A DNA stretch of 62,997 nucleotides, counting the filler, from Licmophora abbreviata (lineage: Eukaryota): the NCBI GenBank assembly GCA_900291995.1. It is 13 parts of 13 records of this genome, joined end to end, with 100 filler letters (N's around TTAATTAATTAA, not from the genome) between each part and the next. Parts side by side here need not be neighbours in the genome. Positions count along the whole stretch, not along the records: positions 12,680 to 26,911 come from OLMU01002543.1; positions 27,012 to 34,491 come from OLMU01002544.1; 11 more parts are not named here. One strand, given 5' to 3'. The position numbers and the translations under genes are program-made. Below the pieces are notes generated by a model. It was given only the letters and a program-made list of their open reading frames with translations. It did not search any database and was not told where the DNA came from. Of the stretch, positions 21,495 through 33,180 are shown piece after piece (within the stretch, counting starts at the first letter, position 1; every line of letters begins with the position of its first letter).

Positions 21495-24400
21495 ATGACA
21501 TCAGAAAGCTCCACTTTCCCGCGGTCAAGCCAGCAGTCTCAAGATCTTCTACGTGTCGATGGCAGCATGCGCGGTGCTTCCATCACGGGCCGCGACGAAG
21601 ACGACGACGACGATGGGGTACGTAGTGCACCTTGACGAATCATTTTGATGGGATGTCACATGGAACTAATCTGTCATTCTTGATTTCATTCTCTCTCTCT
21701 CCTCAGTTCGATGCCTCGCAGACCCAGACTCAGTCAGACTTTTGTACTCAGAATGAAATGACACAGCTTGTCGAGGAGGACAGCAACAGCATCTTGTCTC
21801 CTATGCCACCACAGAGCCCAGTGAATCTTCGAACGCTACCCTGGGGACGTCTTATTCCATGTTCGCGACACTGGTCCACTATCCACAAGACGCAAGAGCA
21901 AGCCGAACAGACTGGACAGCGAGACTTTGCCGGTGGTATTGACTTGCTGCCCAAGCCTCCTTCCAACAAAGATACTCCAGAGTCGTCAATCCATCGTGAG
22001 GAGAACCCAATTACGGCGTCAATTTTGGGCCTCGAGAATCTCAGACCTTCGGATACCTTCAACGAGTATACGTTGGGCCGCAATGCCCAATGCGACGTTG
22101 TATCGAAGAAACCTCGTGCCGGCGAACTAGCAGTCGGAAAGAACATTACGGCCGAGATGCGGGGATGGGCGCACTCCATGATTAGCAATCACCACTGTCG
22201 CATTTTTTGCATGCTCAAGCCTGGTGCATCCAGGAATACTGCTGCTACTTCTACAAACAATGCATCGACCTACTCACCCAACGACATGGAAGTTTACATT
22301 GAAGACACTTCGGGGAACGGAACGTTTATCAATCACACGACAATACTTCGTCGAGGCGAAAAACGAATTTTGCATACAGGCGATGAGATATCTTTGGTCA
22401 ACTCCGCGACTCTGCGCAAGAAGATTCATTCCAAGGACGCACTGAACGAACTGCAGCGTCATCATTCTTTTATTTTTGTCAATCTCTATCAACAGCGGAC
22501 GCTCATGCCGCCGCCGCCGCAGTCGGCACGACGACGGGGACTCGTCGATGTCCGTGCCATGCAAAGCCATTCGATATTGGCCGGGACGAGTCGACGGTCG
22601 TCGCCTGCACTGTCCGTGTCATCGTCGTCCAGTCATCGCCGGATCTCGCCGCGGCGCAGGGAGCCCCGTCGGATTGAAGAAGACTATGACATTCGTGATT
22701 TGCTGGGCAGCGGTACATGCGGGGAAGTCCGACGTGCCATTCATCGTCGGACCGGTCAGGAGTGGGCCGTCAAGATTATTTCGCTCTCTGGAAGAAACTC
22801 CCGTCGGAATGCCACTGACACTGTGGCCACGTTGGAGGCGGAGGCGTCCATTTTGCAAGCCCTCGATCATCCGTATATTGTGCAACTTACGGACGTCTTT
22901 GTGTCTCCGGGAGTTGCAATCTATCTCGTCATGGAGCTACTGTACGGAGGAGACTTGTTTGATCGAATTGTGGAAAAAGGCAAGTACACGGAAGTGCAAA
23001 GTCGACGCGTCATGCGTCGATTGCTGAGCGCCGTGTACTATCTACATGAGACCAAGAATATTGTTCACCGCGACTTGAAGCCGGAAAACATTCTTTGTGT
23101 CTCACGTCAGGACGACATTCATGTCAAGCTGACTGACTTTGGACTGGCCAAGTCCGTGACGGACGAGGGACTCAAGACGTTCTGTGGGACGCCGCAGTAT
23201 TTTGCGCCGGAGGTGCTGCGCAGGCGTCATACGGTGGCGGGGAGAGGGCGGTACGGCAAACAGGCTGACATGTGGAGTTTAGGTATCATTTGTTACATTC
23301 TTCTGAGCGGCGCCCCTCCGTTTGATGTGACGCATGGTATGGACGTGGTGGCGGATGCAAACATCAAATTTCCCGAAGAAAGGTGGGGTAGCGTTTCGGA
23401 CGAAGCCAAGGATATCGTGACGAAATTTCTCACGGCCGATCCGAAGAAGCGGATTTCGGTGATGGATGCGTGCAACCACGGTTGGGTGTTGACAGAGGAT
23501 GGCGATACGCATTCTCATCCATTGGACGATCCTGTTGTGGATCCGAAAGCTCTTTCCAAAAGACTGCTTTTATATGAGTCGCAAGATGAAAGTGTAGCGT
23601 CGGACAATGACGTTGAAGAGCCCGAATGTACCGGGGAAGAGGGAGCGACGAGCAGTAATGTAGCGCCATCACTTGTCAATACAAATGCCAGCACCGTGTC
23701 TCATGAAGGGCCTGTCGAAACAGAGGATGGGCTGGGGACAGACCACGCGCCACCAGTGGGCCCGGCCGTATGCGCCAAGGAGTCGCCTGATGGGAGTGTT
23801 GCTTTGAAGAACACACCAGATAACACTCGGCTTTCTTTGGTCCCTGTCTCTCTGAATGCGCGAAGCAATCACTTTCGAGAGCTTGTGACCGGAAGTGTCG
23901 AGAAGAGCACCTCCGCAGAACGCGCCCAGGCTGCGCCGGTGCCAGGAGCACAGCAACTACACTCAAGCAGGATTTTGATAACTCCAAGAAGCTCCGAAGG
24001 GGCATCTCACATCGCCTCCGCTACTTTCAAGTCTGCCGATACCAAGATTACTCTCGGATCCAAAAGAAAACTCAAGAAGCAAGTTGCTCTGAATGGTGGG
24101 ACGGTAGAGCCAGCAGAATTAACGGACGACGAGATTTGCTCGCACTTCAGTGAGGACGGGGACAGTATTTCGTCCTTTGGCACCCATGCCGAAGAAGGAA
24201 AGAAGACCGCCTCACTACAGACGGAAGAAAAAGAGAAAGAAAAACCACAAGTGCAGCCCAACAAACTCACATCGTACCTGACTCGCGTGTCGAAGAACAA
24301 GGCCCCGCCCCACGACAGCAAGGACGCGACTCCGAGGCAAACGCGAAAGCGACCGCGGACGTGTCTCGATGACAATGAAGACGATAATGAGGGTCCTGCA

Positions 24401-24550
24401 AGTTCTCCGATGTCGCCTATGGTGAAGTCGCCCAATAAGACGGAGTCTCCAAAATCGATCGCTTCAAGCGTAAAAGCTCACGAGCTCGGCAAGCATTTTG
24501 GCGGGAAACAGACAAAGCTCTCCAATTGGTTTCTAAAGAAGGATACATGA
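21495..24550 (+). CDS. CHK2: Checkpoint kinase 2-like (SQ/TQ cluster, FHA, Ser/Thr kinase, long C-tail); exon 1 21495-21617, intron 21618-21706
   Basis: ASQTQTQSDFCTQNEMTQ cluster; FHA motifs GR, ISNHHC, DTSGNGTF; kinase motifs HRDLKPEN, DFG, FCGTPQYFAPE. Confidence 0.85.
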
Positions 24551-24615
24551 GCAGCGGTAGCTAGTAGGCTAATTAAGAGCATCAGTTGGATCTACCAGAG
24601 CCCTGCATTATTCTA

Positions 24616-26898
24616 TTAACTCATGTCGCTTGCAGTGTGTCGCGGCGGTGGAAGCTCCTGCTCATCCTGGTCTTCTTCCCAGTCCTGATCTCCGTATACG
24701 TAGCCGTGAAGAAGTTCTCCAACCGTTCGTATCGCCAGCAAGGTCAGCGTCAACGTCCAGATTCGCCGCCGAGGTCTTGCGGATAGGAGGGCCGCAGAAG
24801 AAAAGAGGACTACAATCGGTTGTGGAATCACCCCCTTGACGCTGGCCCACCGACACGTGTAGCTTGCCACCAAGAGTATGCCCTTTACAAGCGATCTGAG
24901 GAAGAATGTGACGTGCTTAGTCGTGCTGGTATTGTCAAGATATCGATCGAATGACAATGGACGCCCGGCTTTCGTCCGGCCAAACAAGAGTGTCAGCAAG
25001 CTTCCTTCGTCCTCCCAGAATGCAGTACTCGGTTTCTTGGGAGTCCTCGTTCGTCCAGACTGCTCGTTTCGTCTAGCCGAGTCACCTCCTTCGCCCTCTT
25101 CGTTGCGTTCCTTGAGGTTGTCAATATTCGTGGACCAGCTGTTGTAATAGTTTCCGTTTTCATGAATTCCGAGTGCATAGTCAACTTGCTCAGCAAGACG
25201 GTCCTTCCAATGACGTGATCGGCCTTGCCGCTGTGCCGATGCTTCACGTCTCTTAGCGGTAGGCCTACGCGTAAAGCTCTCGTCGTCGACGTTTTCCGGC
25301 CCCCAAATAAACTGATCCGCAGAATCAGCAACAAAGTTTCCAAACCTATCTAACGCATCAAAGTCGCCAACGTCGTCCCCTTCGCTTTGATATTGCGCGT
25401 ATATCCGCTTGGAGCTGTCTCGCGTCGCTCTTCGCTTCGATCGCGTCGGCGCTCCTGGAGTTGCTTTCTCTACTGTAGGCTTCTTCACATTGCCAGTGCT
25501 ATCCAGATCTGGGACGTAGACAGTGTCCTCCGAAATGGGCGGTAGCTGCAATGGAGTACGTCCGGACTGATGAAGGGTCGGTCGCTTTCTTACAGAAGGC
25601 GGCGTCGAACGCGGTCGAGGTGTTCGTCGTACTCTGGGCCTGCTATTGGTTTGCTGTCTCGCGCGTCGTCTCTGAGGAGGGCCAGGGTCCTCCCATCCAG
25701 CAGTCGGACCTACACCCTCTCGTCGACGGCCAGATGTCTCTGAACGGCGTCCCTCCCGTCTATCACCCTCACTCCACCTATCACGATTCGTACTGGGCGA
25801 CATTGTGTCTCTTCGACGAGACTTAGAATGAGCAACAGGCTCTTCTCTTTCGTCAAGCAGCGGTGTCGCTGGGACATCTATCGGGGTATCCTTGGACACA
25901 AACTCCCATTCCACCTCTCGTATACCGTCCTCATCTTCGTTCCAAAAGTCAGACGCCCGCCTCTTGACACGCCGTGCCTCCCGTGCCGCTCGTTGTGCCA
26001 CGGTCGACAGCTTGGAAACACTATTGGACGCCAGCTCCGTAGTCTTGTATAGAAACCTGTTGATGTCAGGTGCACTGGACTCGGTGCGTTTCTGATGCAC
26101 GCGCTGTCGCCTCCCTCGTCGTCGTTCCTCCCGACTGCGGATGGATGCGTCACGTTGCCTCCGATTCTCGTTTTGGTTTCCAAGGTTGCGTTGTGACGGC
26201 GGTTGTTTGATTTTCCTTGTCGTTGCCTCGTTTTGTCGCAATAAGTCCTCTAGTTCGTCACGAGTCGCTGTGGGAGGGTATCGAACATTGCGACTGTCCA
26301 ATTCTGCCAATAGCTGATACAACGGTTGTCGTAGTGATGTCGGCTGCTTTGGTTGTCTGGCTCGATCCTTCGCAGTGTACAAGAAAGACTCGCCGACTTT
26401 GTCTGATTTTGACGGACTATCCCGCGACAAACGTGGTGCGTTGTTGATCTCAGTGATCGGTTGTTCCATCAGCAAGCTCGTGATTAGATCCGATCGAGTC
26501 GAGGTCGGAGAAAAACGAACGTTCCGGCGATCCATCTCCTGTAGAATCTGCGAAGTCGACCACGTCTTGAGAGTTTCCAAAGATAACGATTGCTCCTCAC
26601 CGGTCGATGATTCTGGCGGTCTTTCAAAAGAATCTTGAGTGTTGCTTCCTTCCTCATCACCAGCATCATCATGGTTTCCCCAGAGACACGTGGAAGAACA
26701 TTCGTCGGCATCATGCGGATGAACCGGTCGAACTCTGTTCTTGTGCCTCATCCCCTGATGAGGAAACATCACCCTCGAGGGTGCAAGGGAAACGAATCCG
26801 TAGCATTCTATCGTTGTCCAGCCGATGATAGATCCTACCCGAAGAAAAAGTCGCATTGCATAAGTCATGTTCCTCCAAAAGTATAGTCGATGACACAA
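24616..26898 (-). CDS. Hypothetical protein: probable bipartite presequence, two HeH/SAP-like repeats, Arg-rich disordered middle, C-terminal TM helices
   Basis: 760-aa ORF; start codon uncertain; CYG-FVS cleavage-like motif. Confidence 0.75.
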   Translation of the reverse strand: MCHRLYFWRNMTYAMRLFLRVGSIIGWTTIECYGFVSLAPSRVMFPHQGMRHKNRVRPVHPHDADECSSTCLWGNHDDAGDEEGSNTQDSFERPPESSTGEEQSLSLETLKTWSTSQILQEMDRRNVRFSPTSTRSDLITSLLMEQPITEINNAPRLSRDSPSKSDKVGESFLYTAKDRARQPKQPTSLRQPLYQLLAELDSRNVRYPPTATRDELEDLLRQNEATTRKIKQPPSQRNLGNQNENRRQRDASIRSREERRRGRRQRVHQKRTESSAPDINRFLYKTTELASNSVSKLSTVAQRAAREARRVKRRASDFWNEDEDGIREVEWEFVSKDTPIDVPATPLLDEREEPVAHSKSRRRDTMSPSTNRDRWSEGDRREGRRSETSGRRREGVGPTAGWEDPGPPQRRRARQQTNSRPRVRRTPRPRSTPPSVRKRPTLHQSGRTPLQLPPISEDTVYVPDLDSTGNVKKPTVEKATPGAPTRSKRRATRDSSKRIYAQYQSEGDDVGDFDALDRFGNFVADSADQFIWGPENVDDESFTRRPTAKRREASAQRQGRSRHWKDRLAEQVDYALGIHENGNYYNSWSTNIDNLKERNEEGEGGDSARRNEQSGRTRTPKKPSTAFWEDEGSLLTLLFGRTKAGRPLSFDRYLDNTSTTKHVTFFLRSLVKGILLVASYTCRWASVKGVIPQPIVVLFSSAALLSARPRRRIWTLTLTLLAIRTVGELLHGYVYGDQDWEEDQDEQELPPPRHTASDMS

Positions 26899-27203
26899 CC
26901 ATCAATCCTATNNNNNNNNNNNNNNNNNNNNNNNNNNNNNNNNNNNNNNNNNNNNTTAATTAATTAANNNNNNNNNNNNNNNNNNNNNNNNNNNNNNNNN
27001 NNNNNNNNNNNATTGTCCCTCCGTCATCCGCCAATGACGGCACCGCTGGCGCGGGAAGGTCATTTTCGAAGGGAGCTTTTTGGAAGGAGACGGACGATGC
27101 CTGATGCCGAATCGCAGGGTGATGGCGCTGATGAGGACGAAGACTGTAGGCCGCGTGTGGTCGTCTTGACCCTCCACTCCTTGTCATTCACAACTCACGG
27201 ACG

Positions 27204-28487
27204 ATGAAGAACCGCAAACTACCCTTCCTGTTTGTTTCAGGCGTCTTTCTGCTAGCCTTTGCTGTCCTTCTTCCATCACTGCGATGGACACACATTCAGT
27301 CATCGAACTACGACTCCTACTACTCGGACGGCGGTGACAGTCTAGCGATCCTCCCTGACTTGTCGAAAAGCAACGGCAACAGTACTCGGTCATTGGAGGC
27401 TCGTTCCTTCGACGAGAAGGAACTCGAAAACACCTTTTCCGCCTGTCTCTTGGTCATGGACGACAACCACAGACTCACCGAATGGGTGGCATATCACCAT
27501 CATGTCTTGCCACTGCGCTACTTGATTGTCGCTGTCGATCCTCGGAGCAAGACCTCTCCTATGGATGTCTTGCGAAAATGGGAACCCTTCATGAAAGTTA
27601 TTCTATGGGAAAATGATCATTTTGTGCCAGAACATCGACGCACTCTGTCCCAGAATGCCACCATGGAGGAAAAGACTCGACTTCACCGTGCCAGGCAGAG
27701 TTTCTTTCTATCAGCTTGTGCAACTGCCATGTCCGAAGCCAATCGAACCTACGTTGCCCTGGTTGATTCAGACGAGTACATTACCTTCAATCGACCCGAA
27801 AACGTCACCTTGCCCAACAACAGTGCTACACCAGAAGATTTGCGGTCGATACTTCCTCCGTCGGTAGAAGAAGCTGGATCGGTATTACGTGTATTGCAGG
27901 AGGCTCGAGACCTTCGCCCCAACTCGACGCTGGCAGCACCCTGTCTTCCAATATACCGCGTACTATTCAATGCAAAAGAGAGTTCAGACCAAGAACGACA
28001 GTTACACGTTCCACCCAGCATTTCGAATGCAACACGCTTTGACACGATGCGGTACCGGTATCGAATGCGAGATGCGGATGGAGAACAGAATACTTACACT
28101 CAACTGGGCAAAAATATATTTGATGCATCGCGTATCAAACCACACGATTTGACCAAGCCCCGCAAGTTCTTTCCCAATCCGCACCAAATATTGTATCCTG
28201 ACTACTGCTGGAACGTGCACTCGTTGCGGGATCAAGTATCCTTCTTTCGAGTTGGCCACTGCCTTGGCTCGTGGGAATCCTACAGTGCTCGAGATGATGC
28301 GCGAAATAGTGCCTCGTGGAGGACCAAGAAGGATTGGGAAAAGAGGACTCGCGGCATGGAGGGCAACGACAAGGCGGACGATACGATTCGACCGTGGCTA
28401 CGTGGCTTTGTACAGCAACATGGGGAAGCCGAGGCGACCTACCTGCTGCAAGATGCGGGGTATATACCACCTAAAGAGTTATCATAA
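27204..28487 (+). CDS. Type II membrane glycosyltransferase-like protein (GT-A/GT92-like), copy A, intronless
   Basis: N-terminal TM, FSACLLVMDDNHRLTEWVAYH, DxD motif DSDEY. Confidence 0.75.
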   Translation: MKNRKLPFLFVSGVFLLAFAVLLPSLRWTHIQSSNYDSYYSDGGDSLAILPDLSKSNGNSTRSLEARSFDEKELENTFSACLLVMDDNHRLTEWVAYHHHVLPLRYLIVAVDPRSKTSPMDVLRKWEPFMKVILWENDHFVPEHRRTLSQNATMEEKTRLHRARQSFFLSACATAMSEANRTYVALVDSDEYITFNRPENVTLPNNSATPEDLRSILPPSVEEAGSVLRVLQEARDLRPNSTLAAPCLPIYRVLFNAKESSDQERQLHVPPSISNATRFDTMRYRYRMRDADGEQNTYTQLGKNIFDASRIKPHDLTKPRKFFPNPHQILYPDYCWNVHSLRDQVSFFRVGHCLGSWESYSARDDARNSASWRTKKDWEKRTRGMEGNDKADDTIRPWLRGFVQQHGEAEATYLLQDAGYIPPKELS

Positions 28488-28753
28488 ACAGACGATAGAT
28501 CTATAAGTTTATTGTGTTGAAGGGTGATAACGTCGTACGCTGATACCTCCCAAAAACCTCAAGCCGTGTCTCCCGTCTCTTGAAGTGTAACAGTGATCGC
28601 GCGAGCTGTTGCGCACACTAAAGTTGCGGCGCGCGCTATTTCCAAAAACGAAACAAAGGAAAAAGACCCAACAGTCTCCAACGCACCATGCTGATACTTT
28701 AACCCCACTGCGGTTGCGTCCCCTGCCGGTGAATTCCCCCATCGGCGTTCAGT

Positions 28754-30140
28754 ATGGGTCGACGTCCTTTCGCTCGAGCGCTCCTGTTGAGCTTACTCTT
28801 GTTTATCCCGGGGATTCTGGTTCCGCTGACCCGGTACTCCAGTTCAGTTTCCTTACAACAGCTTTCGGTGGACGACGAGAGAGCCGCGATTCTCCCGGTC
28901 TTGACGCCAATGACGGGTAAAGTGGAGAATAGAAATCTGTCGTTTCTGAATGACACGTTCGATGAGAAGGAACTCGAGGATAGCTTTTCTGCCTGTCTCA
29001 TGGTAATGGACGACAATCACAGACTCATCGAATGGGTTGCGTATCATTACCACTTCTTGAAACTGCGCTACATGGTCATCGCCGTCGACCCTCGGAGCAA
29101 GACATCGCCGCGAGATGTTCTGGATCGCTGGAATCCGTATATGGAAATTCATATTTGGGAAGACGAGCGGTTCATGCCCATGGGCCACTACGTTCGATTA
29201 CCAGACAACTCCACCATGGAGGAAAAGACGTATCTTCATCGGCGTCGTCAAAGCTACTTTCTCTCGTATTGTTCACATGCAATGTGGGAAGCAAATCGAA
29301 CCTATGTCACAATGGTAGACTCAGACGAGTACATTGTCTTTCATGAACCCAAACAAGCCCATAAAATCATAAATAGTACTCGCGAGGTTTCCTTGGAGGA
29401 GCCGGGGTCTGTCTTGCGTGTCTTGCACGAGGCCCGGTCATTGAGCCCCCAGTCGGAGTATGCAGCATCCTGCATGCCCATACTCAGAATATACTACAAC
29501 TCCAAAGAAAGCTCAGACGAAGAACGACAGATGGATATTCCAGCTGGCTACAACGCTACAAACTTTGACACGCTACGCTTTCTCTACCGATCGAACGACC
29601 TTATTCCAACGACCAAGGGCGGTGGCGTTCAAATCGGCAAGAATATAGTGGATGTTTCACGCATCAATCCCGGTCACTTGACTAAAGTATGGGCGAATTT
29701 CAACGGACCCCACCAGATCTTGTATCCTCGATACTGCTTTAACGTGCACGACTTGCAGAAACACACAAACTTGCTCCGCGTAAATCATTATCTCGGCTCG
29801 TGGGAGTCGTACAGCGTCCGTGATGACGCAAGGAACAGCGCAGATTGGCGGAGTAGAAAGGTACGTGTATTCTATGCGTGTTGAGAAGCTACACGAGGAT
29901 GCGAGTAGTTGTTCTAACTTTGATGCCATTATTACTTAACATCGCCATCAGTTCTGGGAAGAGACGACAAGCAATATGTCGGACAAGCTAGATGATGTCG
30001 TTCGGCCATGGTTGAATGGCTTTGTCCAGACTCAAGGGAAAGAGAAGGCTGAGCATTTGCTCCGTGGTGCGGGTATCATCTCTCCTATTCCACATAGTGC
30101 TGGTATGAATGATCATGTGAACACCACCCTCCGCCCTTGA
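28754..30140 (+). CDS. Glycosyltransferase-like tandem paralog, copy B; intron 29861-29951
   Basis: FSACLMVMDDNHRLIEWVAYH, DSDEY, RVNHYLGSWE; spliced exon 2 gives DDVVRPWLNGFV, matching copy A DDTIRPWLRGFV. Confidence 0.78.
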
Positions 30141-30524
30141 AGCCAGACGACGAGGCATCGATGTTGATCCGCCTGCGAGCTTCGAGCTCAACAAAACAAT
30201 TGAGTAGCCAAAAGCCGGTCATGCCGGATGCTGTTTTATTGGATACTCATGGTTCAATAAGTTTAAATAGGAAGAAGTTTCCCACACTAAAATTCAATAA
30301 GATAAATACTTATCGCCTTCTGAATCGCTTATGGTAAACAATGCGATGGGAGCCCAACAGATCTCTTCCGAAAATTCAAAACTCAAAACTCATTCTTTAG
30401 TCTCACTTGCTCCATGGCATTCCGGTACTGGCATTTCCCGGTCGTCAAATACAGTGATCAGCTATTCACCCTCAAAATTCGCTCTTGAAAGGCCTCTGAG
30501 CTGATCCGCAAGCTTGATCGACGT

Positions 30525-32564
30525 ATGAAGATGAACATCTCGCGCAAAACAGGAGGTTTTCCTACATCGCCGATGACAGCGCATGCACGCACTGTGGATC
30601 CCAAGGATAGACGTCGCGACGCGAAAGAGTTGAACGATGAAAACCATCCTGGGACCATCTCTGTTCCGGTCCGGTACAATTTTGGAGATGTTGATCGGAA
30701 TGTGTTGCCCTTGCGCGAACTGAAAGGCCCTGAACAACAGCACCTAGACGACTCGCGCATTCCGTATCGGTACCATGCTCAGTCCAACCCGCTCTACAAG
30801 GAAAGATCATTCCGTAGTTCTTCCGAGGCTTCATTTCCATCGCTTCGTCGATGCCACAGCACGCCATCGTCGACTGACAGCTCTTCGTTACAACAAAGCG
30901 GTGGGTCGCCACTCGAATCTCTCGTCCTAGCGGAGGATCACGGATGTTATCCCGAATACTACGAGGACTATGAGGACGACGATGACGACGACGATATTGC
31001 TCAGCCTGTACAGGAGCCTCGTTTTCCGACACACGAGTCTTACCTTCGGTTTCTCGAACAGACCTTTGCTGGAAGCGATCTTTTCTCTCAGAGTGGTGCG
31101 GTAGTGCAACGAGTGGAAGCTGCGTATCAACAGGAGAATACTCCTACAGCCGTTGTTGAGTTCACTGGAGCGCATGATACTTCCCACGCCCAAGACGTGT
31201 TGGTCGAAGAGTTTCGCAAGGAGAGTATGCTGGACTTTCTAGACTCACAAGCACAAGACAGATCCGACGCGGAGGAATTTCGGAAATTTCTCTTGTCGAA
31301 AGGAAAGACGCAGAACGTGGACGACGAGACCGATCACTCGAGTCATTTTGACCCTGATTTTTCGGTTGTTGAGTCGGTAGATGAAGACATCGATTCCATT
31401 CAGTACACGGACGAATCCACCTTTGATCACTGGGACGCCTTTGCGAATGACTCGAGTGCTGAAGTATCGCTTGCCGGTGACATCGTGAACCAGAAGTCGG
31501 ACACGAGGACCGAGTCAACTCACGTCTGCTCACCAGCAAGCGACGATTCTCGTGCCGCTACCGGAATTGCCGAGAGTAGCTGTCGATCTATTGACATTAG
31601 CGACCCTTTGAGAAATGAACGATCTCTGGAAGAGCAGCTTGACTCTCTGACTGTTGCGCAACGAGCATGTGTCAGTGCTCTAAAGACAAACTGGGAAGAG
31701 TCACAAGGGGGGAGCGATGTCTCTTTCCCAGAAATGTACTATCTTCGCTTTGCACGTTGCTCGCCAGGGCGACCGTTCGACTACAAAGCGGCCATGAGCG
31801 CTATGAAACGATTCCGAAAGTCGTACTTGGACCTATCCATCTCGTGCATGGCAAACCAGCTCTTGACAAAGGTACGTACGGCAAATTACTTGACTTGTTG
31901 TGACGGCGACCATGTGCTAAACAACGCACCGCCTCACCACGTGCCTCCTTTGCAGACTCTGTTTCCTATTCCAGGTTTGAGGTCGAAAGTAGGCTACCAC
32001 GGTAAGTCCTCTGTTGACTGGACGGTCATTCTCGCGCTTGTTCGTAGTGTTTTCTGACAATCTGTTCGTGTTGCTCTTCTTCCAGTGCTCTACATGCGAC
32101 CAAGTCGCTTCTTTCCGACGAAATCTGCAACGAAATTACTCACGGGGAGTCTAGTTTACGCCATACAATCAATGCAGGACCGAGAAGAGGCGTGTACCAA
32201 GGGTATCGGCCTCGTTGCCAACATGACGGGCTTCCGGAAGGCCAATTTTTCCTTCTCGTTTTATCGACGCTTCATGAAGCTTCTGGAGGGCAGGCACATG
32301 CCCGTTCGTGTACAGATGGTCCTGCTGGTCAATCCTCCTGACTGGTTTGGCAATACAATGCTGAAACTTCTGGCGAGTCGAGAAGTTCGCCAGAAGATTC
32401 GCATTATTTCATTTGACGAGGTGGAAGAGTGCCTCATGGATGATTGCGCGGACCTTCTTCCTGATGAGCTTGGCGGCAAAAGGGAGACGGCCGACGTAGT
32501 ACGTGAGTTTATTGTAGAGCGACAGGCAATCGAACGAAAGAAGCCGACCGGCTATGAGGTCTAA
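30525..32564 (+). CDS. CRAL-TRIO/Sec14-like lipid-binding protein with long acidic N-terminus; introns 31872-31955 and 32002-32085
   Basis: YLRFARC, LYMRPSRFFP, GIGLVANMTG, PVRVQMVLLVNPPDWF, LPDELGG. Confidence 0.82.
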
Positions 32565-32978
32565 TAAGATGAATCCTCGACGACCAGGAAACTATTAGTG
32601 CTGACAATTTGACTGAGGGATTGACGCTCTAGTATCTTGAAAGAGTTGCGTCTGTTCACCTCGACAATATCCCGGCGCATGAGATTGCTAGTGATGACAA
32701 GAACCTAGTCCAGCGCCTGCTCCCTGTGGTCAGATCAATGAGCCGAAAGGACCACACCCATTCATTGTTATGATAATGAGTGGTGATGTTGCTCAGCTGG
32801 TGCCTCCTTCCGAAACCTCACTAGAGCCATATCACTCCGATTTTATTCCCATCCACCACTACCGGCATTTCAGATCAAGCCGTGTTCGTCTGGGGGATTC
32901 AATTTGCAGACGGTCTTTCGAGATCGAAAGGAGAGGAGTTTCTCCTCCAAGCCTTGCAAAGAAGGTCGTCCGGAAAAG

Positions 32979-32997
32979 GCGCCAAAAGGGATTCGAA
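32979..32997 (+). promoter_or_regulatory. E2F-like GCGCCAAA + 5 nt + CHR-like TTCGAA upstream of the 33181 gene
   Basis: GCGCCAAA-AGGGA-TTCGAA. Confidence 0.45.
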
Positions 32998-33180
32998 AAG
33001 GCATCGCCGCCGCGCGTTTCATCTGCCCACAAAACACGCGCTCTGTTTTGTCTCTCGTGACTCATCACGACTCTGACTCGACTCACGACCATGTGCTGTC
33101 ACACACCCTCACAATGGCGCCGCTTCTGCACGTCTTTATGCACCCGTGAGCTATTGTCCTCTCATGCAATTATTGCAACC

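Noticed and set aside
24496..24508. Perfect E2F-like TTTTGGCGGGAAA
   Set aside because: Lies inside CHK2 coding sequence (HFGGK) with no CHR-like partner at the 5-nt spacing.
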